A stretch of DNA of 35,843 nucleotides from Fidelibacterota bacterium. GTDB taxonomy: Bacteria; Fidelibacterota; Marinisomatia; SCGC-AAA003-L08; GCA-002704045. A program made the translations under genes and the position numbers. This document shows positions 1-10,539 of the stretch, one piece after another. The notes beneath the pieces are model-generated. The model was not told where the DNA came from, ran no database searches, and worked only from the letters and a program-made list of their open reading frames with translations. Within the stretch, counting starts at the first letter, position 1. Every line of letters begins with the position of its first letter. The stretch is from assembly GCA_002704045.1 (NCBI GenBank), contig PAFF01000079.1, forward strand, positions 6,785-42,627. Direction: 5' to 3'.

Positions 1-267
1 GATTTCAAAAAAAAAATAATTTTTATTATTTAAAACAATTGGTTGCTTTAGTAATTTTTCATAATGGTCATTCAATTCTAGTATATCAAATATATATTTA
101 TTCTTATAACTAGAATTTTCAACAGAAAAAAATTTATTTTTTATGATATGTTCCTTTTTATAATTTATATTATAATCAGAATCAGGTTTAATGTCAATAT
201 AGAAAAAATGTTCGACACAGCCGTTTAAAATAAAAATAAAAATAAAATAATGTAATTTTTTTTTCAT
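1..267 (-). CDS. hypothetical lipoprotein, N-terminal part only (gene runs off the left edge)
   Basis: A reverse-strand ATG lies at 265-267 and the frame stays open to position 1 (89 codons, no stop). The N-terminus MKKKLHYFIFIFILNGC looks like a signal peptide with a lipobox-like LNGC. It is absent from the ORF track because it is truncated. No family was recognised. Confidence 0.45.
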   Translation of the reverse strand, partial: MKKKLHYFIFIFILNGCVEHFFYIDIKPDSDYNINYKKEHIIKNKFFSVENSSYKNKYIFDILELNDHYEKLLKQPIVLNNKNYFFFEI

Positions 268-369
268 TAAATGTTTATAAATTTAATTAAGTAAAATTTA
301 ATAAATAATTAATATTGTTTAGAAAATTTCTTTTTAAATAAATTTTAATATTAAAATGTTTTATCATTT

Positions 370-441
370 GGCCCGTTCGTCTAGTGGTTAGGACTCAGGG
401 TTTTCATCTCTGCAACAGGGGTTCGATTCCCCTACGGGCTA
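370..441 (+). tRNA. tRNA-Glu (anticodon UUC)
   Basis: A cloverleaf was read by eye. The acceptor stem is GGCCCGT/ACGGGCT, with a G1-U72 wobble. The anticodon stem is CAGGG/CTCTG with loop TTTTCAT, placing TTC at positions 34-36. The T arm is AGGGG-TTCGATT-CCCCT and the discriminator is A. CCA is not encoded. Confidence 0.9.
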
Positions 442-446
442 CAAAA

Positions 447-474
447 ATGCTCAGATTTATCTGAGCATTTTTTT
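447..474 (+). terminator. rho-independent terminator after tRNA-Glu
   Basis: The hairpin ATGCTCAGA/TCTGAGCAT has a TTTA loop and is followed by a T-run. Confidence 0.6.
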
Positions 475-490
475 AATCAATAAATATCTT

Positions 491-1546
491 ATGAACTCTT
501 TTTTTTTATCAATAAAATTAGTTTTTTCTCTGTTATCCTATAAAAAAGATAATAAATACAAAATAAAAATATTAGATAGATACTATTTGGATCGCCATAA
601 AAATAAAGTTGTTTATAAAACTTTTATTCCTTCTAAACCTCGCAAGCTAAACTTTATAATTTATCCAGGAGCATCCCCAACTGCAGAGTCTCATCCAGGA
701 CTAATAATGCTGGGGACTATTTTATCAAAAATAGGTTATAACGTATACATTCCAAGAATACCATTACTAAAAAAATTAATTATAAACGAAGAAGTTATAA
801 AAGATTTCTCATTTTTTTATAATTGGATAATAAATGAAAAGCATATCAAATCAAGTAATATAGGTTTAATTGGTATTAGTTTTGGTGGAGTTATGACATT
901 AAAGATATTTGAGAACAAAAGTTTTGTGTCTCATCAACCAAAATCAATTTTTACGTATGGAACATACAATAATTTTAAATCAGCACTTGATTTTCTATCA
1001 TCAGGTTTGATTAAAATTGATAGAAAAGAAATAAAAATTTCGCCCCATCCTTGGGGACTGGTTGTAATGTTTTACAATTATTTCCATTCAATAAATACTA
1101 ATTTAAATGTAAAAAAAATTAATAAAGTCCTAGAATATCAAATTCAAGATAATACCAAACAAGTTAAAATATTTTTAGATAAATTATCTGATAATGAGAA
1201 AAAAGTTACTAATAAAATTTTAAATTGTAATATTGATAACGAAATATTGGGCTACATTAGTTTAATGATTAATATTAATAGAAAATCGTTAAATAAACTT
1301 TCATCAAGTAATGATAAATACAATGTAAATTCTAAGGTTTTTATATTTCACGGTGCGAACGATAATATGATACCTTATACTGAATCATTAGATTTGTCAA
1401 AAAATATTAAAGATGTTGAAGTATTTATTTCATACCTTTATGAACATAAGGAAATTGCGAACAATAACAACCCATTATTTAAATTTTTGGAAATTATTAA
1501 AATGATTAAATTTGTGTACTCATATATAAGTTATAATGAAAATTAA
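491..1546 (+). CDS. alpha/beta-fold hydrolase (esterase/peptidase-like), function unknown
   Basis: This is a 351-aa ORF. It has a GxSxG nucleophile elbow (GISFGG) and a C-terminal IFHGANDNMIPY block typical of the acid/His part of alpha/beta hydrolases. It overlaps the next gene by 11 nt, which suggests co-transcription. Confidence 0.65.
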   Translation: MNSFFLSIKLVFSLLSYKKDNKYKIKILDRYYLDRHKNKVVYKTFIPSKPRKLNFIIYPGASPTAESHPGLIMLGTILSKIGYNVYIPRIPLLKKLIINEEVIKDFSFFYNWIINEKHIKSSNIGLIGISFGGVMTLKIFENKSFVSHQPKSIFTYGTYNNFKSALDFLSSGLIKIDRKEIKISPHPWGLVVMFYNYFHSINTNLNVKKINKVLEYQIQDNTKQVKIFLDKLSDNEKKVTNKILNCNIDNEILGYISLMININRKSLNKLSSSNDKYNVNSKVFIFHGANDNMIPYTESLDLSKNIKDVEVFISYLYEHKEIANNNNPLFKFLEIIKMIKFVYSYISYNEN

Positions 1547-2183
1547 ATCTTTTTTAGGTGGATATGATAAAAATTTTTGTTATTTGATTTGGTGCAAAAA
1601 TACAAGATTTGCAGCTATAGTAGACCCTTCAGTTAAGATTGATGCAATAGCAGATTTCATATCTAAAAATAATTTAATTTTAAATAAAATTTTAATAACT
1701 CACACACACAATGATCACATATTTTATTTAAATGATTGGATTAAATTATACCCTAAAATAAGTTTATTTGGTTATGATTTAAAACTAAATCAAAAAGTAA
1801 AAATTTATAATTTATCTCACAATGATATTGTAAGTATTGGCCAAGAATTAATAACGACTTTGTATACACCAGGTCATTATGATGATAGTATATGCTTTTG
1901 GAATCAAAAAAATAATGCTATTTTTGCAGGAGATACAATATTTGTTGGTAGAACTGGTAGGACAGTTAGTTGCCGAAGTAATATTGATGATTTATATCAT
2001 AGTGTTTATAAAATCATTTTGAAGCTTCCAAAACAAACCATGATTTATCCTGGACATCATTATGGTCACAAACAAAATATTACTATTGAAGAAAACATAA
2101 AAAATTCTGATTTTTTCAATTGTAGCTCAAAGTTAGAATTTGTTGATGTAATGAAAAAATTTGAAGAAAATAGGAAGTACTAA
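1536..2183 (+). CDS. metallo-beta-lactamase-fold hydrolase (glyoxalase II-like)
   Basis: This is a 215-aa ORF carrying the HxHxDH zinc motif (HTHNDH). Downstream H and D residues (PGHYDD, PGHHYGH) are spaced as in the MBL superfamily. Confidence 0.8.
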   Translation: MKIKSFLGGYDKNFCYLIWCKNTRFAAIVDPSVKIDAIADFISKNNLILNKILITHTHNDHIFYLNDWIKLYPKISLFGYDLKLNQKVKIYNLSHNDIVSIGQELITTLYTPGHYDDSICFWNQKNNAIFAGDTIFVGRTGRTVSCRSNIDDLYHSVYKIILKLPKQTMIYPGHHYGHKQNITIEENIKNSDFFNCSSKLEFVDVMKKFEENRKY

Positions 2184-4363
2184 TTATTTTTAAGTAGTAG
2201 GGTGTTACATACTATACTAAGCGATGATAGAGTCATTGTAATTCCAGCAACCATAGGATTTAATAAAAATCCATTATATAAAAATAAAATACCCATAGCA
2301 ACAGGAATACTGACTATATTGTATATGAAAGCCCAGAAAAGATTTTGATTAATTTTTTTGATAATTTTTCTGCTTAGTTTCAAAGCCTCTAAAATACTTG
2401 TTATTTTTTGATTGATTAATACAACATCAGAGGTTTCAATTGCTACGTCTGTACCAGAACCAATTGATATCCCTATATCTGACTGTGCTATTGCAGGAGC
2501 GTCATTAATACCGTCTCCAATCATTGCAACTACTTTACCTTTAGATTGAAGTTTTTTAATTAGATCAGATTTACCTTTTGGTAGAACATTAGATACAACA
2601 TTTTTTATACCTAATAAATTGGCTGTATGTTTTGTTGTTATTTCATTATCGCCGCTTAACATCCATACTTCAAGGCCCGATTTCATTAGTTTATAAACTG
2701 TTTGTTCACTTTCAGGTTTAATTTCATCTTCTAATGCTACGAGTCCTATCCAATTTTTGTCTGAAGAACAGTGCATGATTGATTTTCCCTGTCTTCTTAA
2801 ACTAGTATCTTTTTTGATAGCATTATCAGGAATTTCTATTTTTTTATTAATTATGTACTCAATTTTTCCTATGAAAATATTATTTCCCTCAATTGTGCCT
2901 AAAATACCCTGTCCAGGAATTGTTTCTATATAAGAACACTTTAATCGATTTATTCTTTTATTTTTTGAATAATTCGTTATTGCTTTTGCATATGGATGAT
3001 CAGTGTTATTTTCTACTGAAAACAAAATTTCTAAAAAATCGTCTTCTGTTCTTTTAGTATAAATATCAGAAACATACATGTTGCCTTTAGTCAATGTTCC
3101 TGTTTTATCTAAAACAATAGTATCAATTTTATGCATAATTTGTAAAATTTTAGCTGATTTAAAATGAATTCCTTTTTCTGCAGCTAATCCTGTACCTACT
3201 AGAATTGCTGTAGGAGTAGCAAGACCTAGCGCACAAGGACATGCTATTATTAAAACAGATATTAGGATATTTAGACTAAAACCTAAATCATTGCTGTACC
3301 AGAACCAAAAAATTGAACTAATGGCACCTAGTAAACATACTGTTGGTACAAATATATATGATATTTTATCTACTATATTTTGAATAGGTGCTTTAGTAGC
3401 CTGAGTTTGTTCAACTAATTGAATTATTCTTGAAAAAAGAGTATCTTTACCAAGTGTTTCAGCTTGTACAATTAATCTACCATTACCGTTTATTGATGCA
3501 CTTAGAACTTTATCACCAGTTTTTTTTTCAATTGGATTAGATTCTCCGGTTATAGCAGATTCATCAACAAAAGAATGTCCCTCAATTATAATACCATCAA
3601 CAGGTACTTGTCCTCCTGGTTTGACTAATACCCATGTACCAATATTTATATCTTTTATATTAGTTTCAATCCAATCGCCATTTTTTTCTACAAAGCCAGT
3701 TATAGGCGCTTTTTTTAATAAATTTATGAGTGATTTTTTTGTATTGAATTTTGCTTTGTGTTCTAAGAATCTTCCTATTGTGATAAATAGTATTATAATG
3801 CCTGCACTTTCAAAATAAAGGTGATCAAATCCATTTATTTTCAAATTATAATATAAATTGATTGAAGATATTATAGAATAAAAATAAGCTGCACTAGTAC
3901 CAATAAAAATTAATGAATTCATATCGGGTTTGAGTCTCAAAATAGCATTGAATCCAATTATATGAAATTCTTTCCCTATAATCATAACAATTGTTGTAAA
4001 AATGAATTGAAATATTATAGAAAAATTAGAAACTTTCATTTCATTCATCATTTCATACATAGAAAAAACAAATAGTGGTAAGCCAAAGATTAATGTTAGA
4101 ATTAACTTAAATTTAATTGAATATTCCAATTCAGAGACTGTTGATTTTTTTTGTTCAACATCTATTATGAGTTCAAATCCTGATTTTTTTAAAATAGATT
4201 TAAATAAAATTGGAGAGATAGAATCTTCGTATTCAATTGCAACATTTTCTAGTGCTAAATTAACAGAAACGTAACTCACACCTGATATATCTTTAAGAAT
4301 TGATTCAATCTTTAGTACACAACTACTACAAGACATACCCTTAATTTTGTATTTTTCTTTCAT
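2180..4363 (-). CDS. copA: copper-translocating P1B-type ATPase
   Basis: This is a 727-aa ORF. It has an N-terminal HMA domain with GMSCSSC (GMxCxxC), a transmembrane CPC motif (ACPCALGLATP), the DKTGT phosphorylation site, TGES and GDGINDAP. Confidence 0.9.
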   Translation of the reverse strand: MKEKYKIKGMSCSSCVLKIESILKDISGVSYVSVNLALENVAIEYEDSISPILFKSILKKSGFELIIDVEQKKSTVSELEYSIKFKLILTLIFGLPLFVFSMYEMMNEMKVSNFSIIFQFIFTTIVMIIGKEFHIIGFNAILRLKPDMNSLIFIGTSAAYFYSIISSINLYYNLKINGFDHLYFESAGIIILFITIGRFLEHKAKFNTKKSLINLLKKAPITGFVEKNGDWIETNIKDINIGTWVLVKPGGQVPVDGIIIEGHSFVDESAITGESNPIEKKTGDKVLSASINGNGRLIVQAETLGKDTLFSRIIQLVEQTQATKAPIQNIVDKISYIFVPTVCLLGAISSIFWFWYSNDLGFSLNILISVLIIACPCALGLATPTAILVGTGLAAEKGIHFKSAKILQIMHKIDTIVLDKTGTLTKGNMYVSDIYTKRTEDDFLEILFSVENNTDHPYAKAITNYSKNKRINRLKCSYIETIPGQGILGTIEGNNIFIGKIEYIINKKIEIPDNAIKKDTSLRRQGKSIMHCSSDKNWIGLVALEDEIKPESEQTVYKLMKSGLEVWMLSGDNEITTKHTANLLGIKNVVSNVLPKGKSDLIKKLQSKGKVVAMIGDGINDAPAIAQSDIGISIGSGTDVAIETSDVVLINQKITSILEALKLSRKIIKKINQNLFWAFIYNIVSIPVAMGILFLYNGFLLNPMVAGITMTLSSLSIVCNTLLLKNN

Positions 4364-4486
4364 TAATTAAATTTAAAATAATTAATTGTTATTTAACTAA
4401 CATATTGGCATATACATTTAAAGTAAAACTAATTAAAGTTTAAATAGTATTATTTATAATAAGATTTGAGTACTAATTAATATCAA

Positions 4487-7400
4487 TCATTCTAATATTA
4501 AATTAATTATAATGAGAATGTCTAAAATATCAATCAAATTATTTGAATCCATATCAGATATGTTAATTTGAGTACCTGAAAGTAAAATTTGATCAAGAAT
4601 TATATTTACAATCATTACAATATCTGAAATATCTAATGATAAATCACAATTAATATCACCGGAGATTTGTTCTAAGCAAAGTTCAGTTTCTAAAATTTTA
4701 TATATTCCATTTCTTAAGGAATTTGATCTGTAAATATTCCAAGGTAAAATTTGTCCATTTACTTTGATATCAATTATTGATAATCCCTTTGAATCGCCTG
4801 TTATAATTTCTAAATCTTGATCATTATCAATATCATAAATAATAGGTGTATTTTCAATTATTCTGTTCAAATTCATTGGAAAATCATTATATGGATTGCC
4901 ATTTAATTGAAAAACATTTATATCTCCATTTTTTGATGAGAAAATAATTTCAGGTATATTATCAAAATTCAAATCCGCAAAACTACAAGATGATTTAATA
5001 TCTGAATTAATTTCTATTGGCCATCCTGGAATATTATAACCATTAATATCAATTCCATGGACTAAATTATTTTCAGATGTAAAAAAAATATAAGCATTAT
5101 TATTATATTCCAAAATAGATGGACTAGATCTGATAGGATAATCTAAGTTTCTAGTAAATTCAATATCTCCATTTTCATTTATACAATAAAAATCACCATT
5201 ATCATTACCAAAAAATATCAAATATTTTTGATTATTATCAAATGATGCAACGGATGGTGCTGAACGAATGTTATAGCCAGTATTAATTGTGAAATTATCG
5301 TTTAAACTACCATCGTTATTGATTAAATATAGATTTCCACTATCAGTGGAAATTAAAATCTCATCAATGTTATCATTATTTATATCCAAAACAGCTGCAC
5401 CAACCCATATTTTTTCATTAATTTCTAATGGGAAACCATCAACAAGTGTCCCATCGTGATTTATTACAAAAACTTTTCCCAAATTTGACATTGAACCAAT
5501 AACTATTTCTAAGTTTTCATCAGAGTCAAAATTGCCTATGACCGGTGTTGCTGTTAAGAACTGATTTGAATTAAAAGATGCTTCTTGATATCCATCTTTG
5601 TCGATTATATAAATATGCTTACTTTTTGAAGATATAATAAATTCAATTTCTTGATCATTATCAATATCAGCTGCACTAGGTGAGCCCCAAATATCATTTC
5701 CTGTATAAAAAGGTGTTTCCCAAATGTAATTCCCTTCAATATCAATTAAATAAACATATCCATCATTATCACAAAATAAAATACTCGAATTTTCTAAACC
5801 TAAACCAGGCTCTATAAAGAGTGGAGACGAGATAACTTCTTTATTAATATCAATTGGGAAACCATACTGTAATAAATTTATATTAATGTTTATATTAATC
5901 GTTTGTTCAAATGAACTATTTTCTAAATCCCCAAAAATATATAAATCAAAAGAATGAATACCAATTGGTGTATCTGGAGCAACATAAATATTGATAAGAT
6001 TATTAGATTCAACTGATGCAAATTCATATAAAGTTGGATAAGTTATTTCATCGTTGTTCACTGTTATATAGTCATTATTATTTTGTGGTATTGCTATCAA
6101 ATTTGATACAGTTTGGTTTGATGGGTTAAATAGCTCTGTTAAAATTGAGCCCGATTCTCCTGGATTTAAAATTTGATCGTTATCTCCATCAGTTTCTTGA
6201 ACATTGAGGCTATTAATAGTTAGAGTTGGAATATTTCTAAATGTTGCAGAAATAATGTTTTCATTTTGTTCAATATTAACGACACTTACTCCAGAAGGAT
6301 TTCCATTGTTAAAAGTTGAATTAGGTTGGGTATCAAAAGCAAAATTGGTATTATTGAAAGATCCTGGGAATGGATCACCAGGATCACCACTATTAACATT
6401 ATTATTTAGATTATAGAATCCATCTGACTGTTCCAAGTCAACTAATCTGTTCCAATCATTTTGATTATTATTCTGAGATTCATCAACATGCCATATAAGT
6501 AACCCGTGATATGGTAAATTTTGATCATAAAGGATTTTTTGTCTATTTTCAAATAAATAGTATTCACTTGTGTTATTTATTCCATCCATTCTGAGAACTA
6601 TTGGATTTTCTTGAACATTTTCAATATCATATTCAATTATAGGCTCATCTATTGTAATTGGAGTAATCCATCCAAGTTGGTATTTTATCCAAGCAGACAT
6701 ATGGACTGGATACCAGGGAGATCCTCCATTGCCTCCCCAAGATCCACCTGACATTAGACACCAGTTACCAACTCCAGGAGAAGAATAATCAGTATCATAT
6801 AAATCAGGTACTCCTAAAGCATGACCGAATTCATGAGCAAAAACACCAATGTGTACCATCCCGCCAGTACCCATTGTTGTTCTTTCAGGTTGAATTACAT
6901 AATTATTAATAATAACTCCATTACATTCAGTCGCATAATTACCTAATTGCCAAGAATGTGACCATATGTACGAGCTGTTACCTTCTTCAGCGCCGGCACC
7001 AGCATGTACTATATTTAATGCATCTACATATCCATTATTATCATTATCATAAATTGACCAATCAACTCCATTGATGCAGGCTTCATTTACAGCATCACGA
7101 ATCATAGTTCTCACCATATTGTATCCATCAGGTGCACCATCACCATAAACTGTATAACTTTCATTTGCCATATACCATCCCATAACATCTGTAATCGGAC
7201 TAAATTGACCATAGGATACTTCTTGAAAATAATCATAAAAACTACCTGTTTCTCCTTGGGATGATTCATAATTTTCCATATTCATCATATTATTAAATTG
7301 ATTTACTGAATTTATTGAGTTCAGATCTGGAAATTCTATTAATAGCATTGGAATTTTAAATGGCTCTCTAGATAAAGAATTAATTTCTGGTATATTATCT

Positions 7401-7723
7401 AATGGCTTTATTTTTTTTCTATTGGGTTTTATGTATTTTTCTATTTTAGTTAATTGATCGTTTAATTTTTGGTCTACTAAAATATTTGTTAATTCATATG
7501 AGTTATTTTTGAAAGATTTTACATATACCCATTCATTTTTAATATTTTTGGATATAGTATATCCAGTTTTAGTCTCATACCAATTTTGCCATTCATCTCC
7601 TTTTACGTAAGCTGCAAATTTTTCACCATTTGGTTGGGTTAAGGTTATTAGACCTGTGTAAGCAGGAACTGCAAACATATAAGTTGTAAAAATTAATATG
7701 ATTGTTGAACTAATTTTTATCAT
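4487..7723 (-). CDS. secreted M6-family (immune inhibitor A-like) zinc metalloprotease with FG-GAP/VCBS-like repeats and a C-terminal dockerin module
   Basis: This is a 1078-aa ORF with a signal peptide. The HEFGH motif is encoded at 6821-6835, within VFAHEFGHALGVPDLYD, and an IWSHSW block sits upstream, as in InhA/PrtV-type M6 peptidases. The central region has repeated DxDxDxxxE-type loops (DIDNDQEIEF, NFDSDENLEIV, DINNDNIDEIL, DLNFDNIPEII, DIDNDQDLEII), typical of FG-GAP/VCBS beta-propeller repeats. Its ATG overlaps the stop of the upstream S8 gene (ATGA at 7720-7723). Confidence 0.85.
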   Translation of the reverse strand: MIKISSTIILIFTTYMFAVPAYTGLITLTQPNGEKFAAYVKGDEWQNWYETKTGYTISKNIKNEWVYVKSFKNNSYELTNILVDQKLNDQLTKIEKYIKPNRKKIKPLDNIPEINSLSREPFKIPMLLIEFPDLNSINSVNQFNNMMNMENYESSQGETGSFYDYFQEVSYGQFSPITDVMGWYMANESYTVYGDGAPDGYNMVRTMIRDAVNEACINGVDWSIYDNDNNGYVDALNIVHAGAGAEEGNSSYIWSHSWQLGNYATECNGVIINNYVIQPERTTMGTGGMVHIGVFAHEFGHALGVPDLYDTDYSSPGVGNWCLMSGGSWGGNGGSPWYPVHMSAWIKYQLGWITPITIDEPIIEYDIENVQENPIVLRMDGINNTSEYYLFENRQKILYDQNLPYHGLLIWHVDESQNNNQNDWNRLVDLEQSDGFYNLNNNVNSGDPGDPFPGSFNNTNFAFDTQPNSTFNNGNPSGVSVVNIEQNENIISATFRNIPTLTINSLNVQETDGDNDQILNPGESGSILTELFNPSNQTVSNLIAIPQNNNDYITVNNDEITYPTLYEFASVESNNLINIYVAPDTPIGIHSFDLYIFGDLENSSFEQTININININLLQYGFPIDINKEVISSPLFIEPGLGLENSSILFCDNDGYVYLIDIEGNYIWETPFYTGNDIWGSPSAADIDNDQEIEFIISSKSKHIYIIDKDGYQEASFNSNQFLTATPVIGNFDSDENLEIVIGSMSNLGKVFVINHDGTLVDGFPLEINEKIWVGAAVLDINNDNIDEILISTDSGNLYLINNDGSLNDNFTINTGYNIRSAPSVASFDNNQKYLIFFGNDNGDFYCINENGDIEFTRNLDYPIRSSPSILEYNNNAYIFFTSENNLVHGIDINGYNIPGWPIEINSDIKSSCSFADLNFDNIPEIIFSSKNGDINVFQLNGNPYNDFPMNLNRIIENTPIIYDIDNDQDLEIITGDSKGLSIIDIKVNGQILPWNIYRSNSLRNGIYKILETELCLEQISGDINCDLSLDISDIVMIVNIILDQILLSGTQINISDMDSNNLIDILDILIIINLILE
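4490..4660 (-). other. dockerin-type module (two Ca-binding loop/helix repeats) at the C-terminus of the M6 protease
   Basis: The sequence is GDINCDLSLDISDIVMIVNIIL ... SDMDSNNLIDILDILIIINLILE. Both halves fit D-x-[ND]-x-[DN]-x-x-[ILVF]-[DN]-x-x-D followed by a hydrophobic helix, which is the dockerin type I repeat pattern. Confidence 0.75.
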
Positions 7724-9726
7724 TCAATTATTAAATTCAGTAAAACAACGATATCTAATATATCGAAAGTATTATCATCATTTAAATCGGCATTAATATC
7801 TGAATCAGTTGGATCAGTATTATCTAGAATTAGATTAATAACAATCACCACATCAAGTATGTTAACATTATTATCATTGTTTAAATCACCAAAAATAGAA
7901 TCATAAAAAACTGGAAAAGAAAGTGATATATCATTTTTATAAAAAAGGTTATCATTTTCGTTGGATTGAATATTAAAATTTAACATTAATGAATCTTGTT
8001 CAAAATGTGAATCTAGATTTAGGATAAAAGGTAGAGATTCATTTATGGCTGCTTCATCTGAATCAATATTAGGGAAATTTGATATACCATTTATAATATT
8101 TACATTGTTAGATATTGAGTTCATGTTTACAGAAATATTATTTGCATTTCCCCAACCAGCTTCATTGTAAATAACTAAAAATAAATGTAATTCATCACCA
8201 GGACTGATAGTGCCGTCATTATTATTAATAATTTCTAGATCATATCCCATTAATTCGAGTTTAGGGTATAATTCAGTTACAAGAGCTTGTAAAACATCCA
8301 CTCTCCCTGAACCAAGAGTACCTTCTAGATATGTTTCAGAATTGATACTATATATAATTGGATTAGCTGTTTCAATGATCATTGTTGCTAACTGTTCTGA
8401 ACTCCATTCTGATCTGAAAGCTTGTAACAAACCTATACAGCTAGCAACTATGGGAGTAGCCATTGATGTTCCACTCCAAGTTGAATAATTATTTATAACT
8501 GTTGATCGAATATTTTCTCCAGGCGCTGAAATATCAACTGTTTCATGATAATTAGCCCAATGATTCCAATTATCGTTACTACCTAATGCGGTCACCGATA
8601 TGACATTATCATAACTCGATGGATAATGAGTTCCATACAATTCACCGCCGTCACCATTTCCAGCTGCTGCTAAAACAATTGCTTTATATTGATTATGACA
8701 CACATTAATGACATCCTGTTCATAAGCATTATAACCAATTCCACCCCAGCTATTATTAATGATGGCAAAACTACCTGCACCATGACCTGCCTGAGCAGCA
8801 TATAAAATTCCTAAATAACCTTCCGTAATAAAAATTTGTCCTTGTTGACTTTCTCTAGATACCTTTACACTCATAACATTGCTGTTAAATGCAACAGATG
8901 AAATACCTAAATTATTATCAGTTGAAGAATTTAATAAACCAGCGACGTGTGTTCCATGTGACCATCCACCACCATTACCTGGTCTAGGATCATTATCTTG
9001 ATTACCATTGTAGCCAGAACAGTCCCAACCAATTAGATCGTCAATTAAGGTTGCAGGATCATTATCGTGATTATCGTCATCAATTTGATTTAGATCTCCA
9101 GGGTCTAACACCCATTGTCCATTAATATATTCAATAGTATGACCGTCTCCATCTGCATCCTCTCCTAAATTTTGCCAAATATTACCTACTAAATCTGGAT
9201 GGTCCCAATCTACTCCTGTATCAACTGAAGCTAAAATAATATTTGAGTTACCAGGTAGTTCTCCTTGCTGAATATTCCAAAAATCCCAACCTTGATTTGC
9301 ATTTACCTGATCTAAAAACCATTGACTATTGTATTGGGGATCGTTAGGAGTATAAAATGGTATTCTTGGATACACAAGTTCTGCTGAATGAATAAAAGAA
9401 AATTCTTGAATTTCATTAATTAATTCTTTTACATCTTTACGATTATTTACTAAAACTTTATATATTCGATTTAAGTAAACTGAACCAGAATGATCATTTT
9501 CTTTTGCAATTGGAAGCCATTGTTCAAGACTCGATACATTATTGTATTTTAACCAAGAATCCAATTCTGGAATACCAGTTTTAAAAGTATCATCTTTATT
9601 GATTTTTATTAGATTTACATTAGAATTCAAACAAAATAGAAATTGATCTTTTAAAAATCCTTTCTGATTTGATAAAAGTAGATTAACGAAAATTGTAAAA
9701 TATATTATTTTTAAAAAATGATTCAT
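7720..9726 (-). CDS. secreted subtilisin-like serine protease (peptidase S8) with a C-terminal dockerin module
   Basis: This is a 668-aa ORF with a signal peptide. The catalytic triad motifs are DTGVDWDHPDL (Asp), HGTHVAG (His) and GTSMATP (Ser). The C-terminal region carries a dockerin duplication. Confidence 0.9.
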   Translation of the reverse strand: MNHFLKIIYFTIFVNLLLSNQKGFLKDQFLFCLNSNVNLIKINKDDTFKTGIPELDSWLKYNNVSSLEQWLPIAKENDHSGSVYLNRIYKVLVNNRKDVKELINEIQEFSFIHSAELVYPRIPFYTPNDPQYNSQWFLDQVNANQGWDFWNIQQGELPGNSNIILASVDTGVDWDHPDLVGNIWQNLGEDADGDGHTIEYINGQWVLDPGDLNQIDDDNHDNDPATLIDDLIGWDCSGYNGNQDNDPRPGNGGGWSHGTHVAGLLNSSTDNNLGISSVAFNSNVMSVKVSRESQQGQIFITEGYLGILYAAQAGHGAGSFAIINNSWGGIGYNAYEQDVINVCHNQYKAIVLAAAGNGDGGELYGTHYPSSYDNVISVTALGSNDNWNHWANYHETVDISAPGENIRSTVINNYSTWSGTSMATPIVASCIGLLQAFRSEWSSEQLATMIIETANPIIYSINSETYLEGTLGSGRVDVLQALVTELYPKLELMGYDLEIINNNDGTISPGDELHLFLVIYNEAGWGNANNISVNMNSISNNVNIINGISNFPNIDSDEAAINESLPFILNLDSHFEQDSLMLNFNIQSNENDNLFYKNDISLSFPVFYDSIFGDLNNDNNVNILDVVIVINLILDNTDPTDSDINADLNDDNTFDILDIVVLLNLIIE
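7723..7890 (-). other. dockerin-type module at the C-terminus of the S8 protease
   Basis: The sequence is GDLNNDNNVNILDVVIVINLIL ... ADLNDDNTFDILDIVVLLNLIIE, giving two 12-residue Ca-loop motifs, each followed by a hydrophobic helix. Confidence 0.75.
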
Positions 9727-9918
9727 TTAATTTGTTTGTTTATAATTATTGATTCATCTAAAAGTTAATATTTATTAGTTGTTCAACTCTATATCAAATT
9801 GTAACAATTACAAAAGATTTTTTTTTTGAATTTAAATGAATAATCTTTTTAAATTATTCAACGTTCGTTTAAGTAAGATTTAATTTTAACATAACATAAA
9901 AAAAGAGAGGTAAATCAA

Positions 9919-10485
9919 TTGAAAAACGTAAAATTAATATTAGCAAGTTTTTGTTTAGTACTAGTAGGTTGTTCAGATGATGATGATCCAGCATCTTCAA
10001 CATCTTACACTTTAAGCGGAACATACAATGTTACTGCTGTGTCATTGGGAGATGATTGTGACAGTTTGGTATCAGGTATGTGCGAGGATCAAGTTTCAGC
10101 TGATGAAGCAGCTTGTACAGCAGCAGGTTCTACCTGGATGTCCTTGTTTGACATGATGGGTGAAGATGAAATTCCAACAATCACTTTTGTTGATGATGGT
10201 ACTTGTGGAGAAGGCTGCACATACACTTGTTCAAGTGCTACATCTTGTACTTTATTTAATGGCGGTACTTTGACAGTAAACGCTGATGGCACTGTAACAT
10301 CAACAATTGCAGATTCATGGGAAGCATATTGTACAGACGATTCAGATATGGAAGAGTATGATACATACACAACACAAGAAGCTTGTGAAGCAAATGGTTC
10401 AGCTGAAGGAGCTGGAGATGGTGTATGGGAAGAAGCTGGAAGCGATTGTACTGAAATGATTTGGACTGCAGCTTCAGGTAGTTAA
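9919..10485 (+). CDS. acidic Cys-rich lipoprotein, paralog 1
   Basis: This is a 188-aa ORF with a TTG start. It has a signal peptide and lipobox (LVLVGC), followed by SDDDD. The mature part is rich in D, E, C, T and G. It is homologous to the C-terminal ~115 aa of the 11649..13163 product: GMCEDQVSADEAACTAAGSTWMS matches GMCMDGVSTNESACTEAGQTWMS, and QEACEANGSAEGAGDGVW matches QADCEANGSAEGAADGVW. It has its own terminator. Confidence 0.75.
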   Translation: MKNVKLILASFCLVLVGCSDDDDPASSTSYTLSGTYNVTAVSLGDDCDSLVSGMCEDQVSADEAACTAAGSTWMSLFDMMGEDEIPTITFVDDGTCGEGCTYTCSSATSCTLFNGGTLTVNADGTVTSTIADSWEAYCTDDSDMEEYDTYTTQEACEANGSAEGAGDGVWEEAGSDCTEMIWTAASGS

Positions 10486-10507
10486 GTTTAATATAAACTT
10501 TTATTAT

Positions 10508-10539
10508 AAAAAAGCCCCATTTAATATGGGGTTTTTTTT
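10508..10539 (+). terminator. rho-independent terminator
   Basis: The hairpin CCCCAT/ATGGGG is flanked by an A-run and a T8 run. Confidence 0.7.

Noticed and set aside
4406-4420. A TGGCAT-N5-TTT string resembling a sigma-54 -24/-12 element in the copA upstream region.
   Set aside because: It is on the plus strand whereas both flanking genes are on the minus strand. The -12 TTGC element is also absent.
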